Position numbers and translations under genes: made by a program
NCBI RefSeq assembly: GCF_015831355.1
Contig: NZ_JADWYR010000003.1
Span: 340,422 to 404,421 of the forward strand
Length of the DNA: 64,000 bases
From: Panacibacter microcysteis
Lineage (GTDB): Bacteria; Bacteroidota; Bacteroidia; Chitinophagales; Chitinophagaceae
Reading direction: 5' to 3'
Notes under the pieces: model-generated
Seen by the model: the letters and a program-made list of their open reading frames with translations, nothing else
Database searches by the model: none
Told to the model about the DNA's origin: nothing
Shown: positions 27,833-37,988 of the stretch, one piece after another
Numbering within the stretch: the stretch's first letter is position 1
Layout: every line of letters starts with the position of its first letter

Positions 27833-29284
27833 TTACATGTAACCAAGAATTTTAAGCATGCTCTGCGCTGTTTGTTCTTTTGCATACACCCAGTCTACCA
27901 GTTTGCCATTTTTGTCGTGGCCAACAATGATATGTTTGGGTGAAGGTATTAGACAGTGTTTAATGCCTCCGTAACCACTGATTTGGTCCTGGTACGCACC
28001 GGTATGAAAAAAACCAACGTACAACGGCTCTTTATCGTCAGACTGTGTATTGCTTATGCCGTAAGGCTGTGGTTTGCCATTGTTTTCAGAGATCTTAGGC
28101 AAAAACACTTCGTTGATGTGTTCTTCTGAATCATAATAATCGTGACTATCGCAGGTGATGCCCCCCAGTACTACGCGCTGATATTCGTTTTCCCATTTGT
28201 TGATCGGCAGCATCAGGAATTTTTCTCCAATGCCCCAGGTATCTGGTAGTGTGGTTATGAAAGAAGAATCTATCATGTACCATGTTTCCCGATCGTTTTG
28301 TACTTTCTGGGCAATAACACTATATATGTGTGCCATGCTTTCTCCAACTGTGTAGCTGCCAAACTCTGTATATATATTTGGCATAGGTACGTTGGCTTTT
28401 TTGCATGCTTTTTTAATGTTGCCAACAATTTCATTGATCATGAACTGGTAATCATACTCAAAACCCAGTGAGTGTTTTATAGGAAAACCGCCACCGATGT
28501 TTATAGAATCGAGTTCGGGACAAATCTTCTTTAGCTGGCAATAAAGGTTGATGATTTTATTAAGCTCACTCCAGTAATAGATATCATCTTTAATGCCTTT
28601 ATTGAGGAATATATGCAGCATTTTGAGCTGAAACTTATTCTCGTACCCTTCTATGTTGTCTACATAAAACTCGAGGATATCTTTGGCCCTTATACCCAAA
28701 CGTGAAGTATAGAACGGAAAAGTAGGCTCTTCCTCCGCAGCTATTCGTATACCCAGTTTAAACGGCTGTCTCACGCTTCTTTTATAAGCATTCAGTTCGT
28801 CTTTATTATCCAGTACCGGGATAACATTTTTAAAGCCGGAGTTGATAAGTTTGGCAATTCTTGAAGTATAGCTTTTCTGTTTAAAGCCGTTGCAGATAAT
28901 AAAGGTTTCTTTATTGATCTTTTTACGCTGGTAGAGCTTGTTAATGATCTCAATATCGTAGGCGTAAGATGTTTCGAGGTGTATCTCGTGTTTCAGTGCT
29001 TCTTCAACCACGAAAGAGAAATGCGAACTTTTGGTACAATAACAGTAAAAATATTTGCCATCGTATTTATGCTTTTTCATTGCATCGGCAAACATTCGTT
29101 TTGCTTTATTTATCTGCATACCTATTTTGGGTAAATAAGTAAGCTTCATCGGGGTGCCGTATTTCTCTATCAGTGCCTTAAGATCAAGGTCGTTGAACTC
29201 AAGATAGTTATTGTCTCCAATATCAAAGCCTTCCTGTGGAAAGTGAAAGGTTTGCTTCACCAGCGAGGTGTAAGAATTGTTCAT
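27833..29284 (-). CDS. Type III PLP-dependent decarboxylase (arginine/ornithine/lysine decarboxylase family, alanine-racemase fold)
   Basis: 483 aa; N-terminal TIM-barrel and C-terminal beta domain pattern; GGG motif. Confidence 0.6.
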   Translation of the reverse strand: MNNSYTSLVKQTFHFPQEGFDIGDNNYLEFNDLDLKALIEKYGTPMKLTYLPKIGMQINKAKRMFADAMKKHKYDGKYFYCYCTKSSHFSFVVEEALKHEIHLETSYAYDIEIINKLYQRKKINKETFIICNGFKQKSYTSRIAKLINSGFKNVIPVLDNKDELNAYKRSVRQPFKLGIRIAAEEEPTFPFYTSRLGIRAKDILEFYVDNIEGYENKFQLKMLHIFLNKGIKDDIYYWSELNKIINLYCQLKKICPELDSINIGGGFPIKHSLGFEYDYQFMINEIVGNIKKACKKANVPMPNIYTEFGSYTVGESMAHIYSVIAQKVQNDRETWYMIDSSFITTLPDTWGIGEKFLMLPINKWENEYQRVVLGGITCDSHDYYDSEEHINEVFLPKISENNGKPQPYGISNTQSDDKEPLYVGFFHTGAYQDQISGYGGIKHCLIPSPKHIIVGHDKNGKLVDWVYAKEQTAQSMLKILGYM

Positions 29285-29413
29285 CCCTTCGGGTTAGTTA
29301 TTACAGTAAAGAAAAAATTTGAACGCACAAAAATAAACGTTTGATATTATCACAAAATAAAAAAAACCGGGAGCGTTGAACTACCGGTTTATATGTAATA
29401 ATATCATATTATG

Positions 29414-29758
29414 TTACTTAACAGATGCAACCAGCGCTTTAAAGCTTTCCGGTTCGTTCATGGCAAGATCTGCAAGCATTTTACGGTTAATATCCAGGCC
29501 TTTTACATTTAGCTTGTTGATAAACTCGCTGTAAGTAATTCCTTCTTCTCTTACTGCTGCGTTTATACGGGCAATCCATAACTGGCGGTATTCACGTTTT
29601 TTCAGTTTACGGCCAACGTAGCTATAGGTTTGTCCTTTTTCTACAATGTTTTTCGCAACTGTATATACATTTTTACGCTTGCCATAAAAACCTTTGGCTT
29701 GCTTTAGAATTCTTTTTCTTCTTGCCCTTGAAGCAACGGCATTTTTTGAACGAGGCAT
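29414..29758 (-). CDS. rplT: 50S ribosomal protein L20
   Basis: [26 protein letters not shown]... near-universal L20 sequence. Confidence 0.95.
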   Translation of the reverse strand: MPRSKNAVASRARRKRILKQAKGFYGKRKNVYTVAKNIVEKGQTYSYVGRKLKKREYRQLWIARINAAVREEGITYSEFINKLNVKGLDINRKMLADLAMNEPESFKALVASVK

Positions 29759-29839
29759 GTTTACTTATTTAGACTGGCCAAAGGGTGCAACACCCTTCTT
29801 CCAAAATGATTTAAAATTGTTGAATTTCTTACTGGCTGT

Positions 29840-30037
29840 TTATTTAAGACGCAATAAACGCATAACAAAATCTTTGTTTGCAGGTCCTACAACACCATCT
29901 TTTCTAAGCGCTCTTTTGCGTTTTTTAGACTTTTTAGTAAGAATGTGACGTTTAAAAGCTTTTTGGAAGGTGATCTCGCCTGTGCCTGTCACCTTGAAGC
30001 GCTTTTTTGCGCTGGAGTTTGTTTTTACTTTTGGCAT
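29840..30037 (-). CDS. rpmI: 50S ribosomal protein L35
   Basis: [20 protein letters not shown]... typical L35. Confidence 0.9.
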   Translation of the reverse strand: MPKVKTNSSAKKRFKVTGTGEITFQKAFKRHILTKKSKKRKRALRKDGVVGPANKDFVMRLLRLK

Positions 30038-30854
30038 GTTTAATAATCTTGTCGATTACTCCCTGCCGGCGGTCCCTTTCTGCAGAGACACTTGTTGAGC
30101 CATACGGGAAATGGGCGGCAAAAGTAGGAATAAATTTATTTATTGCCAATGTTTTGCGCAAATTTCTGTTTATAAGCCTTTAACATACCTCTCCGGTAAA
30201 GCCATATATAAATTCAGGGCATGGAAAATCTACGATAATGGTAGGCATTAACAGATCTGCAACAACGTTTAAAAAGCTATATTGCCTTTCCTACCGCATA
30301 TTTACCTTTTAACCAACTACTTTTTGCCGCTCATAATACATACTTTACCACTTGTGAAACCGCAAGTCCCGCTTGTACCGTATAGGCCCATGGAAATATT
30401 CAAACTCGATATATCTTTACTCAATCAAACCAAACAGGAGCAAGCTCCAACGTAAAATGATCAAAAAATTTCTGGATACTCTTTTTGCAAATTTCAGGCA
30501 AAGAGTTAAACCACCGGAAATCTCCAGCCTGTAATATTTCCTACACAGTAAAGATTCTGCCGACACGCAAAGCGCAAAACGCACAACGTATTTTTTCAAA
30601 CCAAGATTTACAGATCATGAAACCAATCATTCTGGTGATCCTGGGTGCTGGTATCGTTATGCACCTGGTACACCACAACGATCATACACATAATACTGCT
30701 ATCAGAATGGAAGGTAAAACACAACCGCAGCAACCTCCGCTTACCGAAATGATCAATGATTCGGCAACAAGAGTAAGCGAAGCCACATTGTCAATACCGC
30801 AACTGCCTTAATGCTGATGATACACTTCACAATGGCGTGTATATACTTTGCTTT

Positions 30855-30880
30855 TGCATGCGTCGCCACTATTGTATGGA
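30855..30880 (+). repeat. Interspersed repeat R13 (degenerate core only)
   Basis: TTGCATGCGTCGCCACTATTGTATGG resembles TTGCGTCGCACTCTTGTAC. Confidence 0.4.
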
Positions 30881-30926
30881 ATAGTGCCCTCGTACTAAAG
30901 GCATGCGTGTAGTACATAACGGTTTC

Positions 30927-31000
30927 GCATATGCTGCATGCAGTACTGCTGTACAAGAGTGCGACGCAACCAAAGCTTAATGCTTTTATTGCAGCCTGGC
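30927..31000 (-). repeat. Interspersed repeat R14 (A-type, reverse), full length
   Basis: GTACAAGAGTGCGACGCAA at 30951-30969; minus strand reads CCAGGCTGCAATAAAAGCATTAAGC...core...TGCATGCAGCATATGC. Confidence 0.85.
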
Positions 31001-31040
31001 TACAAAAAATTAACACTTAAAACAATAAAAAACAACAATT

Positions 31041-32960
31041 ATGAATGCTTATGATTTTGTTACAAACTACTGGTGGATACTGGTGCTTGTATTGTCGCTC
31101 TTATTTTACAAATTTATTCTGAGGGTCTTTTTTGGTATGGTCATCGTACCGGAAAACAGGATTGGGCTTGTTACTAAAAAATTCGTGTTGGTAGGAGCCA
31201 ACAGGGAGTTGCCGGACGGGCGTATCATTGCTACGAAAGGTGAAGCAGGCTTCCAGGCTAAAACACTGGCGCCGGGCTTGTATTGGGGTATGTGGCCTTG
31301 GCAATATGGCGTAGATATGCAGCCTTTTACGGTGGTGCCGGAAGGCAAAATCGGCCTTGTACTGTCAAACGATGGTGCTGAACTACCAACCGGTAATATT
31401 CTTGCGCGCAAAGTGGCTTGTGATAACTTCCAGGATACAGAAGCCTTTTTAAATAATGGCGGTCAGAAAGGCCGGCAAACCCACCTGCTTACGCCGGGTA
31501 CTTATCGTATCAACACATTTGCTTTTACTATTACTATTGCAGACATGAGTATCATTCATGAGAATATGCTCGGCATTGTTACAACGCTGGATGGTGCGCC
31601 TATACAGGCAGGGCAAATTGCGGGTAAGCATATAGAAGGCCACAATAACTTCCAGGATATTGATGCATTCCTTGGCAACCATGGTAGCAGGGGTTTGCAG
31701 CCGCAGGTAATACTGGCAGGTTCTTACTATATAAACCCGTGGGCTGTGCAGATAGAAGAAATTCCAATGACTGATGTACCAATCGGCCACGTTGGTGTAG
31801 TAATATCTTATATAGGGGAGGACGGTACCGATGTAACAGGTGAATCTTTCAAACACGGTAATATTGTCACAAAAGGTTTCCGTGGTGTATGGATGGAACC
31901 GCTTGGGCCGGGTAAATACCCCATTAACAAATACACAATGAAGGTAGAAATGGTTCCAACAACAAATCTTGTGTTGAACTGGGCCAATGCACGGAGTGAA
32001 GCGCATTCGCTTGATAAAAATCTCTCTACTATCACAGTACGTTCCAAAGACGGCTTCCCTTTTAACCTTGATGTGGCGCAGATCATACATATACCCGCAA
32101 ACGAAGCCCCTAAAGTAATTGCACGTTTTGGTAGCATGAATAACCTGGTAAGCCAGGTGCTTGAGCCAACGATTGGTAACTACTTTCGTAACAGTGCGCA
32201 GGATAGTGATGTGATCTCTTTCTTGAGCACCAGAAAAGAAAGACAACAGGCCGCAAGGGAGCATATTAAAACAGTATTGGACGAGTATAACGTTAACGCG
32301 GTAGATACATTGATAGGTGATATCGTTCCCCCGGAAGCTTTGATGAAAACATTAACTGACAGAAAGATTGCAGAAGAAGAACAAAAGACTTACCAGACAC
32401 AACGCATGGCGCAGGAGCAAAGACAGGGCATGGAAAAAGAAACCGCCATTGCAGATATGCAGAAAGAGATCGTAAAAGCACAACAGAGCGTGGAAATATC
32501 TCAGCGTACTGCAGATGCAACCGTTAAGAAAGCAGAAGGTGACGCCACAAGTTTAAAACTGCAGGTAGATGCAGAAGCAACCGCAACAAAAATGCGCGCC
32601 AATGCAGAAGCTGAAGCAACAAAAATGAGAGCCGCAGCACAGGCAGAAGCTACCAAGCTCAACGCATCTGCCGATGCGGAAAAAATCAGTAAAACCGGTT
32701 TGGCAGAAGCTGAAAAAATTATGGCAATTGGTAAGTCAACAGCCGAAGCTTACGAACTACAGGTAAAGGCCATGGGTGGTGATAATTTTACAAAGTTCAA
32801 GATCACCGAAGAGATTGGTAAGGGCAACATAAAGATCATCCCGGATCTTATTGTAAGCGGCGGTAGCGGAAGCGATGGCAGCCTGAGTGGTTTAATGGGT
32901 TTGCAATTACTGCAAATGATACAGGATAAGAAAAACAGTGCTGTAGAAAACAGCAACTAA
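31041..32960 (+). CDS. Flotillin / SPFH (band-7) domain membrane protein with Ala/Glu-rich C-terminal repeats
   Basis: N-terminal TM anchor, SPFH domain, C-terminal EAEATKMRA-type repeats. Confidence 0.75.
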   Translation: MNAYDFVTNYWWILVLVLSLLFYKFILRVFFGMVIVPENRIGLVTKKFVLVGANRELPDGRIIATKGEAGFQAKTLAPGLYWGMWPWQYGVDMQPFTVVPEGKIGLVLSNDGAELPTGNILARKVACDNFQDTEAFLNNGGQKGRQTHLLTPGTYRINTFAFTITIADMSIIHENMLGIVTTLDGAPIQAGQIAGKHIEGHNNFQDIDAFLGNHGSRGLQPQVILAGSYYINPWAVQIEEIPMTDVPIGHVGVVISYIGEDGTDVTGESFKHGNIVTKGFRGVWMEPLGPGKYPINKYTMKVEMVPTTNLVLNWANARSEAHSLDKNLSTITVRSKDGFPFNLDVAQIIHIPANEAPKVIARFGSMNNLVSQVLEPTIGNYFRNSAQDSDVISFLSTRKERQQAAREHIKTVLDEYNVNAVDTLIGDIVPPEALMKTLTDRKIAEEEQKTYQTQRMAQEQRQGMEKETAIADMQKEIVKAQQSVEISQRTADATVKKAEGDATSLKLQVDAEATATKMRANAEAEATKMRAAAQAEATKLNASADAEKISKTGLAEAEKIMAIGKSTAEAYELQVKAMGGDNFTKFKITEEIGKGNIKIIPDLIVSGGSGSDGSLSGLMGLQLLQMIQDKKNSAVENSN

Positions 32961-32973
32961 ATTATGTTATAAT

Positions 32974-33002
32974 ACCACGGCAATTGTGCCGTGGTTTTTT
33001 TA
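32974..33002 (+). terminator. Rho-independent terminator of flotillin gene
   Basis: ACCACGGCAATTGTGCCGTGGT followed by TTTTTTTAT; repeat R15 starts directly after. Confidence 0.7.
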
Positions 33003-33060
33003 TGTACCGGGCTGCATTGCTACTATGAAGCGTCTGTTGCGTCGCACACTTCAACACTGG
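33003..33060 (+). repeat. Interspersed repeat R15 (A-type, 3' end truncated)
   Basis: TGTACCGGGCTGCATTGCTACTATGAAGC...TTGCGTCGCACACTTCAAC (33037-33055); starts at flotillin terminator T-tract. Confidence 0.8.
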
Positions 33061-33552
33061 AAAAAATAATGAGCAACGCGAAGAACAAAGCGAATTTTTT
33101 TAGTTGACAGAATCCTTATGTCGTAGTTGTACACTCACTCCTTATTGATGATAGTTGGCAGGGAAAAATGGTACAGAAAATATTGTAACAGCGCTGATAT
33201 ATTTATTTTTTTACTATCAATAACATGGTGTGGTAACGTATAATGTTTTACATACGTATACACTACATATTCATGTGGAAACGATGGAAACTTTTACGGA
33301 ATACTGCATGGTCCGTTATATCTATAAATTGCTGAAACACACACTGCACCTGAATTATAAGAAAAAGAAAGGATTTGTACTGCTCACCAAAAAGTGTAAG
33401 TGTAAACCAGTATTGTGACAAATATCATTTTGAATTGATGGTTATTATTGTATTTTTACACCCATAAAGTGTATGATCCTATACCTATCTGATAATCCGT
33501 ATTTTTTAATCAATTAAAACTCAAAGTTTTCAACTGGCCTAAATAAAAACTT

Positions 33553-35550
33553 ATGGAAACTACAAAACAAAAACTAATGTTGGCCCTTGTGGCAGTGATT
33601 GTTCTTTTTTCTGTTTCCTGGATAAAGAACGAAAACAAAAAAACTGACACTCCCGGTTCTGCTTACGACGCAATTTCTTCAACCGCACAAAACCTTGCAC
33701 TCGAAACATTTAGTAAAGATTTCTACGACGAAGAAGCTATTTTCAATTTTGCAGGTAAAAGAAAAAGAGTTCCACCTGCAGATGATGTAATGGTGCAAAG
33801 AATTCCGGGAGATAATTTACACCTGCTGGTAATGGCCGTGTACCCGTATGGAAAATTTCATGAGCCGTTTGTGAAAATAAATAACGCTGGAGAGGAAGTT
33901 ACACTGACAGACGACGGTAAGGGTGTAGATAAAGTTGCAGGTGATGGCATTTATACTGCCAAAATATTTACAGATGTAAAAGAATTCAGAAAGCAGGCAA
34001 TTGCCATGCTGAAAGAAACAATAAAAAATAACTGGGAACCTTTGTTTACCGACAGGGAACTTAATTATAGCACCTTGTGTGAACAAAACCCTTTTAGTGA
34101 GGCAAAATTTGATGGTAATGAAGCGGTGTCAATAGGTAACCTTACCGCTGCCGAAGCAGGCACTGTAAAAGCACTTGACAAAGTAAGGGCAAATAGTATT
34201 TTTCTTACAGATCTTTCAGTAGTTGAAAATCCGACACGCACCTGGAACAGTTGTGCGCAAACAGGTAACGTTGATGGCCCATGGACTTTCAAAACATTAA
34301 TGAAGAATCTTGCCACCCAAACGCCTTCCCAGCCCGCAACAGACCAGCGTGTTTCTGATTTTGTAAAAGGCTGGTTAAATAACTGGGCTGTGCAAAAGAT
34401 CATCAATGAAGATACCGTTGCTGCAAGAACACTGGTGAATGACAAAATCCTGAATCCATGGCTGGCAAAAAGCCTTGCGGCCGGTAACCCGTCAGGATTT
34501 CTTGATATGCGCTTTGCACCATTTAAACTAACTGCTATCGTTAACCGTTTCGATCTTCGTGAAAGAGCAAGAGGAATTCCTGCAGGTGAAGGAAGGTTTA
34601 TTTTCTGCCTTGTAAATGCTGATTGTAATGCTGCTGAGAACTTCAACATTATTTTTGAATACGGTATTCCTAAACCAGATGTTTGTGATTCCTTGAGAAG
34701 CTGGGCAAAGAAGTGGTACGATCTGAAAGATTTAACCCTGGGTTCTGAAGAATACCTGAATGCATTACAGGCAATCACCAACCAATTCACTTTATGTGGA
34801 AGTAATCCGGCCAGGACAAACCAGAGCAGTCTTAATTCAATAAGATCAAATGAAAGAGCGCTTGCAAACACCAACCCTCCGCGTTGGGAACTTAGAGAAT
34901 TTGGTTTAAACGGAACTGGTCTTGCACTAACGCAACGTGCTGTTGCACAGGTACCGGCTGACAGGTATAATGCGCAGGTAGACAATGCTGAAGTACGCAG
35001 GATGGCAAAATTTGTTAATGAAAATTCTGCGGGTATAAATATTGATGATTATGATGTGCCGGCTATATACGATGGATTTCCTTTATTGGGCGGAAAATCA
35101 ACCATACTGGACACACCCGTTGGCCAGCCTACCAGGCCATACCATTGGGATGGTACAGAAGGTGATCCCCAGGCCGACGCCTTTATTGATCTGACTATTA
35201 CAAGACATATTTTCTCGAGAAATGCATGTTCTGGTTGCCACGCTGGTGAGGTGCAAACCTTCTTTACGCATGTGGATCCTGTATTTTTTGGCACAAAAGC
35301 TACGCTCTCAGGATTTTTAACCGGTACTGCCGGAAGAGGTGGCGCAGTAGATGCTGATGGTATACCTGACAACGATAAGTTTAAGGTAAAAGATGCCGCA
35401 GCCAGGGGCAATGGTACAGAACGTTTTCACGTATTTAATGATATCAAAAGAAGAGCTACAGATCTTAAACAGGTTGCTACTTCTACATGCGGAACCGCAT
35501 TTTCTTTAAGAGATGAACTGATGTTTCATCCCGTAGGAGCAGTGCATTAA
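33553..35550 (+). CDS. Membrane-anchored hypothetical protein (665 aa) with a single CxxCH motif
   Basis: N-terminal TM/signal anchor; no recognisable family by eye; CSGCH near C-terminus; preceded by a 490-bp AT-rich region. Confidence 0.55.
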   Translation: METTKQKLMLALVAVIVLFSVSWIKNENKKTDTPGSAYDAISSTAQNLALETFSKDFYDEEAIFNFAGKRKRVPPADDVMVQRIPGDNLHLLVMAVYPYGKFHEPFVKINNAGEEVTLTDDGKGVDKVAGDGIYTAKIFTDVKEFRKQAIAMLKETIKNNWEPLFTDRELNYSTLCEQNPFSEAKFDGNEAVSIGNLTAAEAGTVKALDKVRANSIFLTDLSVVENPTRTWNSCAQTGNVDGPWTFKTLMKNLATQTPSQPATDQRVSDFVKGWLNNWAVQKIINEDTVAARTLVNDKILNPWLAKSLAAGNPSGFLDMRFAPFKLTAIVNRFDLRERARGIPAGEGRFIFCLVNADCNAAENFNIIFEYGIPKPDVCDSLRSWAKKWYDLKDLTLGSEEYLNALQAITNQFTLCGSNPARTNQSSLNSIRSNERALANTNPPRWELREFGLNGTGLALTQRAVAQVPADRYNAQVDNAEVRRMAKFVNENSAGINIDDYDVPAIYDGFPLLGGKSTILDTPVGQPTRPYHWDGTEGDPQADAFIDLTITRHIFSRNACSGCHAGEVQTFFTHVDPVFFGTKATLSGFLTGTAGRGGAVDADGIPDNDKFKVKDAAARGNGTERFHVFNDIKRRATDLKQVATSTCGTAFSLRDELMFHPVGAVH

Positions 35551-35575
35551 TAATTTTTTGTATTCCTTGATTGTG

Positions 35576-35610
35576 GCCGGCATCAATTATTTGATGCCGG
35601 CTTTTTTTTC
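35576..35610 (+). terminator. Rho-independent terminator
   Basis: GCCGGCATCAA-TTAT-TTGATGCCGGC followed by TTTTTTTTC. Confidence 0.75.
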
Positions 35611-35649
35611 AGTGCATGCCCCGTAACACTGCCGCCTAAACAGAACGCT

Positions 35650-35722
35650 ACAGATGCCATAAATGAGGAACCATGAACCGAGCGTGGCAACAGGCGATGC
35701 CAAAAGATATAATGCCGGCTAC
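35650..35722 (-). repeat. Interspersed repeat R16 (decayed copy, core lost)
   Basis: Retains CAACAGGCGATGCCAAAAG and CATGAACC / CATAAATG arm motifs but not the core. Confidence 0.4.
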
Positions 35723-35823
35723 CCCCTGCTTATTGATGTTTATTGAATGAACATTGCTATACTATCAACGGCCTTTAGCCTTAAATCCCTATCTTCGCAG
35801 CCTCAAAAAAAGTTCTTTCCTGA

Positions 35824-36759
35824 ATGATTAGCAGAAGAAACATACGTGTAAAAGTAATGCAGGAACTGTACGCGTTACAATCAAGAGAAGTAGATGGGGT
35901 GCAGGAAAAGGCTAACCCCGTGGAAGCTTTGAAGAAAAGCCTTGATCTTACCACAGACCTGTTTGTTTACCTACTTTATTTTATTACAGAAGTTGCCCGC
36001 TACGCGGAAAAAGATGCGAAATTAAGAGCATCGAGAAACCTTCCCAGCTTTGCAGACAAGAATGTAAACACGCGAATTGCCGGTAACGAGTTGCTGTGGC
36101 GTATTTTGGAAAACGAGTCTTTCAAAAAAGAAATCGCTGGCAAAACGATTGCATTTGAGGATACGGAAGACATGACCAGGAAGATATATCTTGATCTTGC
36201 ATCTTCCGAAAATTATAAGCATTATATACTGGCGGAAAGTCGTGATAAAAAGGCTGAAAAAGATATCATTGTTTTTATTTTCACTAACCTGATGCTGCCG
36301 AATGAATCTTTTGTACAACATATTGAAGAGCATTTTGCCAATTGGGATGATGATGCAGAAATGATAGACCAGTTAATGATGAGCTACCTGCAACGCCCCG
36401 GCTCATACAACCTGCAGCAGATGGTGGGAGAAGAGAAATGGAAATTTGCAAAAGACCTTTTGGTTACTGCTTTTAATAAAAGAGCTTACACACTTGAGCT
36501 GATTAAACCCAAACTAAAAAACTGGGATTCTGACAGGATTGCTGCGCTGGATATGATACTGATGCAGATGGGAGTTTGCGAGTTCTTGTACTTTGAAACG
36601 ATTCCCCCAAAAGTAACCATTAACGAATACATCGATATTGCAAAAGAATACAGTACCCAGCAAAGCGGCCAGTTTATCAACGGCATTCTCGATAGTATAC
36701 ACAAAGACCTGGTAGCCGAGAATAAAATTCATAAAATTGATTTCAAACAAAAAGCCTGA
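35824..36759 (+). CDS. nusB: Transcription antitermination factor NusB (long Bacteroidota form)
   Basis: NusB-like helical domain at C-terminus; conserved nusB-DUF1573-yajC gene order. Confidence 0.7.
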   Translation: MISRRNIRVKVMQELYALQSREVDGVQEKANPVEALKKSLDLTTDLFVYLLYFITEVARYAEKDAKLRASRNLPSFADKNVNTRIAGNELLWRILENESFKKEIAGKTIAFEDTEDMTRKIYLDLASSENYKHYILAESRDKKAEKDIIVFIFTNLMLPNESFVQHIEEHFANWDDDAEMIDQLMMSYLQRPGSYNLQQMVGEEKWKFAKDLLVTAFNKRAYTLELIKPKLKNWDSDRIAALDMILMQMGVCEFLYFETIPPKVTINEYIDIAKEYSTQQSGQFINGILDSIHKDLVAENKIHKIDFKQKA

Positions 36760-36798
36760 TGTAACGAAAAACTTACATTTGCGCTCTAAAATGAATAT

Positions 36799-37257
36799 AT
36801 GAAACGGGTTTTGTTTTTTCTTCCCTTGCTGTTGATTACCCTTGTTTATGCCTGCAATTCGGGAAGTGCCAATGACGCAGATAAAACTGCGCCAAATAAT
36901 ATTGCCACAGATTCAGCCAATTTTACAACCGTACAATGGTTAGATACAGCAGTAAATTTTGGCACAGTTAAAAAGGGTGAAAAGGTGAAGATAAAGTACA
37001 CCTGTACCAATACCGGTACAAAACCAATGTTTATTTATTACGTACGCCCGGGCTGCGGTTGTACGGTAGCAGACTATACAAAAGAAGCCATACTGCCCGG
37101 TAAAAACGGTGAAGTAAAGGCGGAGTTTGACAGTAACCATGGCAGTGCCGGAGATATACACAAATCAATTATTGTACAAACAAACACAACAAACCCATCG
37201 CCACGGCTCACTTTTTCGGGTGTGGTATTAGATGTTGACAGCACCAGGAAAGGGTAG
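36799..37257 (+). CDS. DUF1573 domain lipoprotein
   Basis: Lipoprotein signal (LVYAC), DUF1573-like beta-sandwich pattern, conserved neighbour of yajC. Confidence 0.6.
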   Translation: MKRVLFFLPLLLITLVYACNSGSANDADKTAPNNIATDSANFTTVQWLDTAVNFGTVKKGEKVKIKYTCTNTGTKPMFIYYVRPGCGCTVADYTKEAILPGKNGEVKAEFDSNHGSAGDIHKSIIVQTNTTNPSPRLTFSGVVLDVDSTRKG

Positions 37258-37283
37258 TTATACCATAACAATCTAAACACATA

Positions 37284-37640
37284 ATGATGAATCTTTTGAA
37301 CACAGTTCTTTTAATGGCGCCACCTTCAGGTCAGGCAGGAGATCAAAGCCCATTGCCAACTTTTTTGATGATGGGGGCCATTATTCTTGTTTTCTGGTTA
37401 TTTATGATTCGGCCGCAGGCAAAAAAAGCCAAAGACCAAAAGAAGTATATTGAAAACATGCAGAAAGGAGACAGGGTTGTAACAATTGCCGGCATACATG
37501 GCAAGATCAATAAGGTAAATGATGATGGTACCATTGATCTTGAAACAAGTCCTGGCAGCTATATCAAGATTGAAAAATCTGCCATCAGCCTTGAGTGGAC
37601 GCAGAATATTAACAAGCCCGCTGCTGCAGAAAAAAAGTAA
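37284..37640 (+). CDS. yajC: Preprotein translocase subunit YajC
   Basis: Single TM followed by QAKKAKDQKKYIENMQKGDRVVTIAGIHGKI, characteristic of YajC. Confidence 0.75.
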   Translation: MMNLLNTVLLMAPPSGQAGDQSPLPTFLMMGAIILVFWLFMIRPQAKKAKDQKKYIENMQKGDRVVTIAGIHGKINKVNDDGTIDLETSPGSYIKIEKSAISLEWTQNINKPAAAEKK

Positions 37641-37659
37641 CAACATACACGATATAAAA

Positions 37660-37690
37660 AGGGAGATCGGAAACGGTCTCCTTTTTTTAT
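37660..37690 (+). terminator. Rho-independent terminator of yajC
   Basis: GGGAGATCGGAAACGGTCTCC followed by TTTTTTTATTTGG; repeat R17 starts directly after. Confidence 0.7.
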
Positions 37691-37781
37691 TTGGTAGTCT
37701 GCAGTAGTAATTTATGGCATCGCCTGTTGTGTCACTCACTTGTACTGCAGGTTTTCATGGCGGCTGCAGCGTTGCGGGTAG
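37691..37781 (+). repeat. Interspersed repeat R17 (B-type), full length
   Basis: TTGGTAGTCTGCAGTAG...TTTATGGCATCGCCTG + TTGTGTCACTCACTTGTAC (37727-37745) + TGCAGGTTTTCATGGCGGCTGCAGCG; starts at yajC terminator T-tract. Confidence 0.85.
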
Positions 37782-37940
37782 TTCTATTCTTCCCGCAATT
37801 CTAAAGTGCAGTATATTATCTTTTTCGAACAGGTAATTAAGTCTGTTTTGCTAAGCTTCTAACCTTGCCTCAATTTTTTTCAATAACGATAGCAGAACGT
37901 TAATAAAAAAAGCTTTTAAAAAGCTTGTTTTTTAGCAAAT

Positions 37941-37974
37941 GAAAAAGGAAGCGCCAAAGCGCTTCCTTTTTCAT
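37941..37974 (-). terminator. Rho-independent terminator of 37989..38789
   Basis: AAGGAAGCGCCAAAGCGCTTCCTT with T-tract on minus strand. Confidence 0.7.
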
Positions 37975-37988
37975 TTGGGATTTGTCTA

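Noticed and set aside
30038-30600. Hidden infC upstream of rpmI
   Set aside because: No reading frame on the minus strand gives IF3-like sequence. The only ORFs, 29952..30161 and 30417..30599, are unrelated.
33230-33418. 62-aa ORF in the AT-rich island
   Set aside because: Its composition reflects the AT-rich DNA, and there is no support beyond an open frame.
34065-34985. 306-aa antisense ORF inside the 665-aa gene, with similar antisense ORFs at 31449..32264, 8979..9653, 19837..20517, 18892..19317 and 57061..57498
   Set aside because: Each is fully embedded, on the opposite strand, in a longer gene that has strong homology or signal-peptide support. They have odd composition (Cys/Arg-rich or low complexity) and no ribosome-binding context.
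35230-35245. CxxCH motif indicating a c-type cytochrome
   Set aside because: A single CSGCH in a 665-aa protein with no other haem-protein features is insufficient and could be chance.
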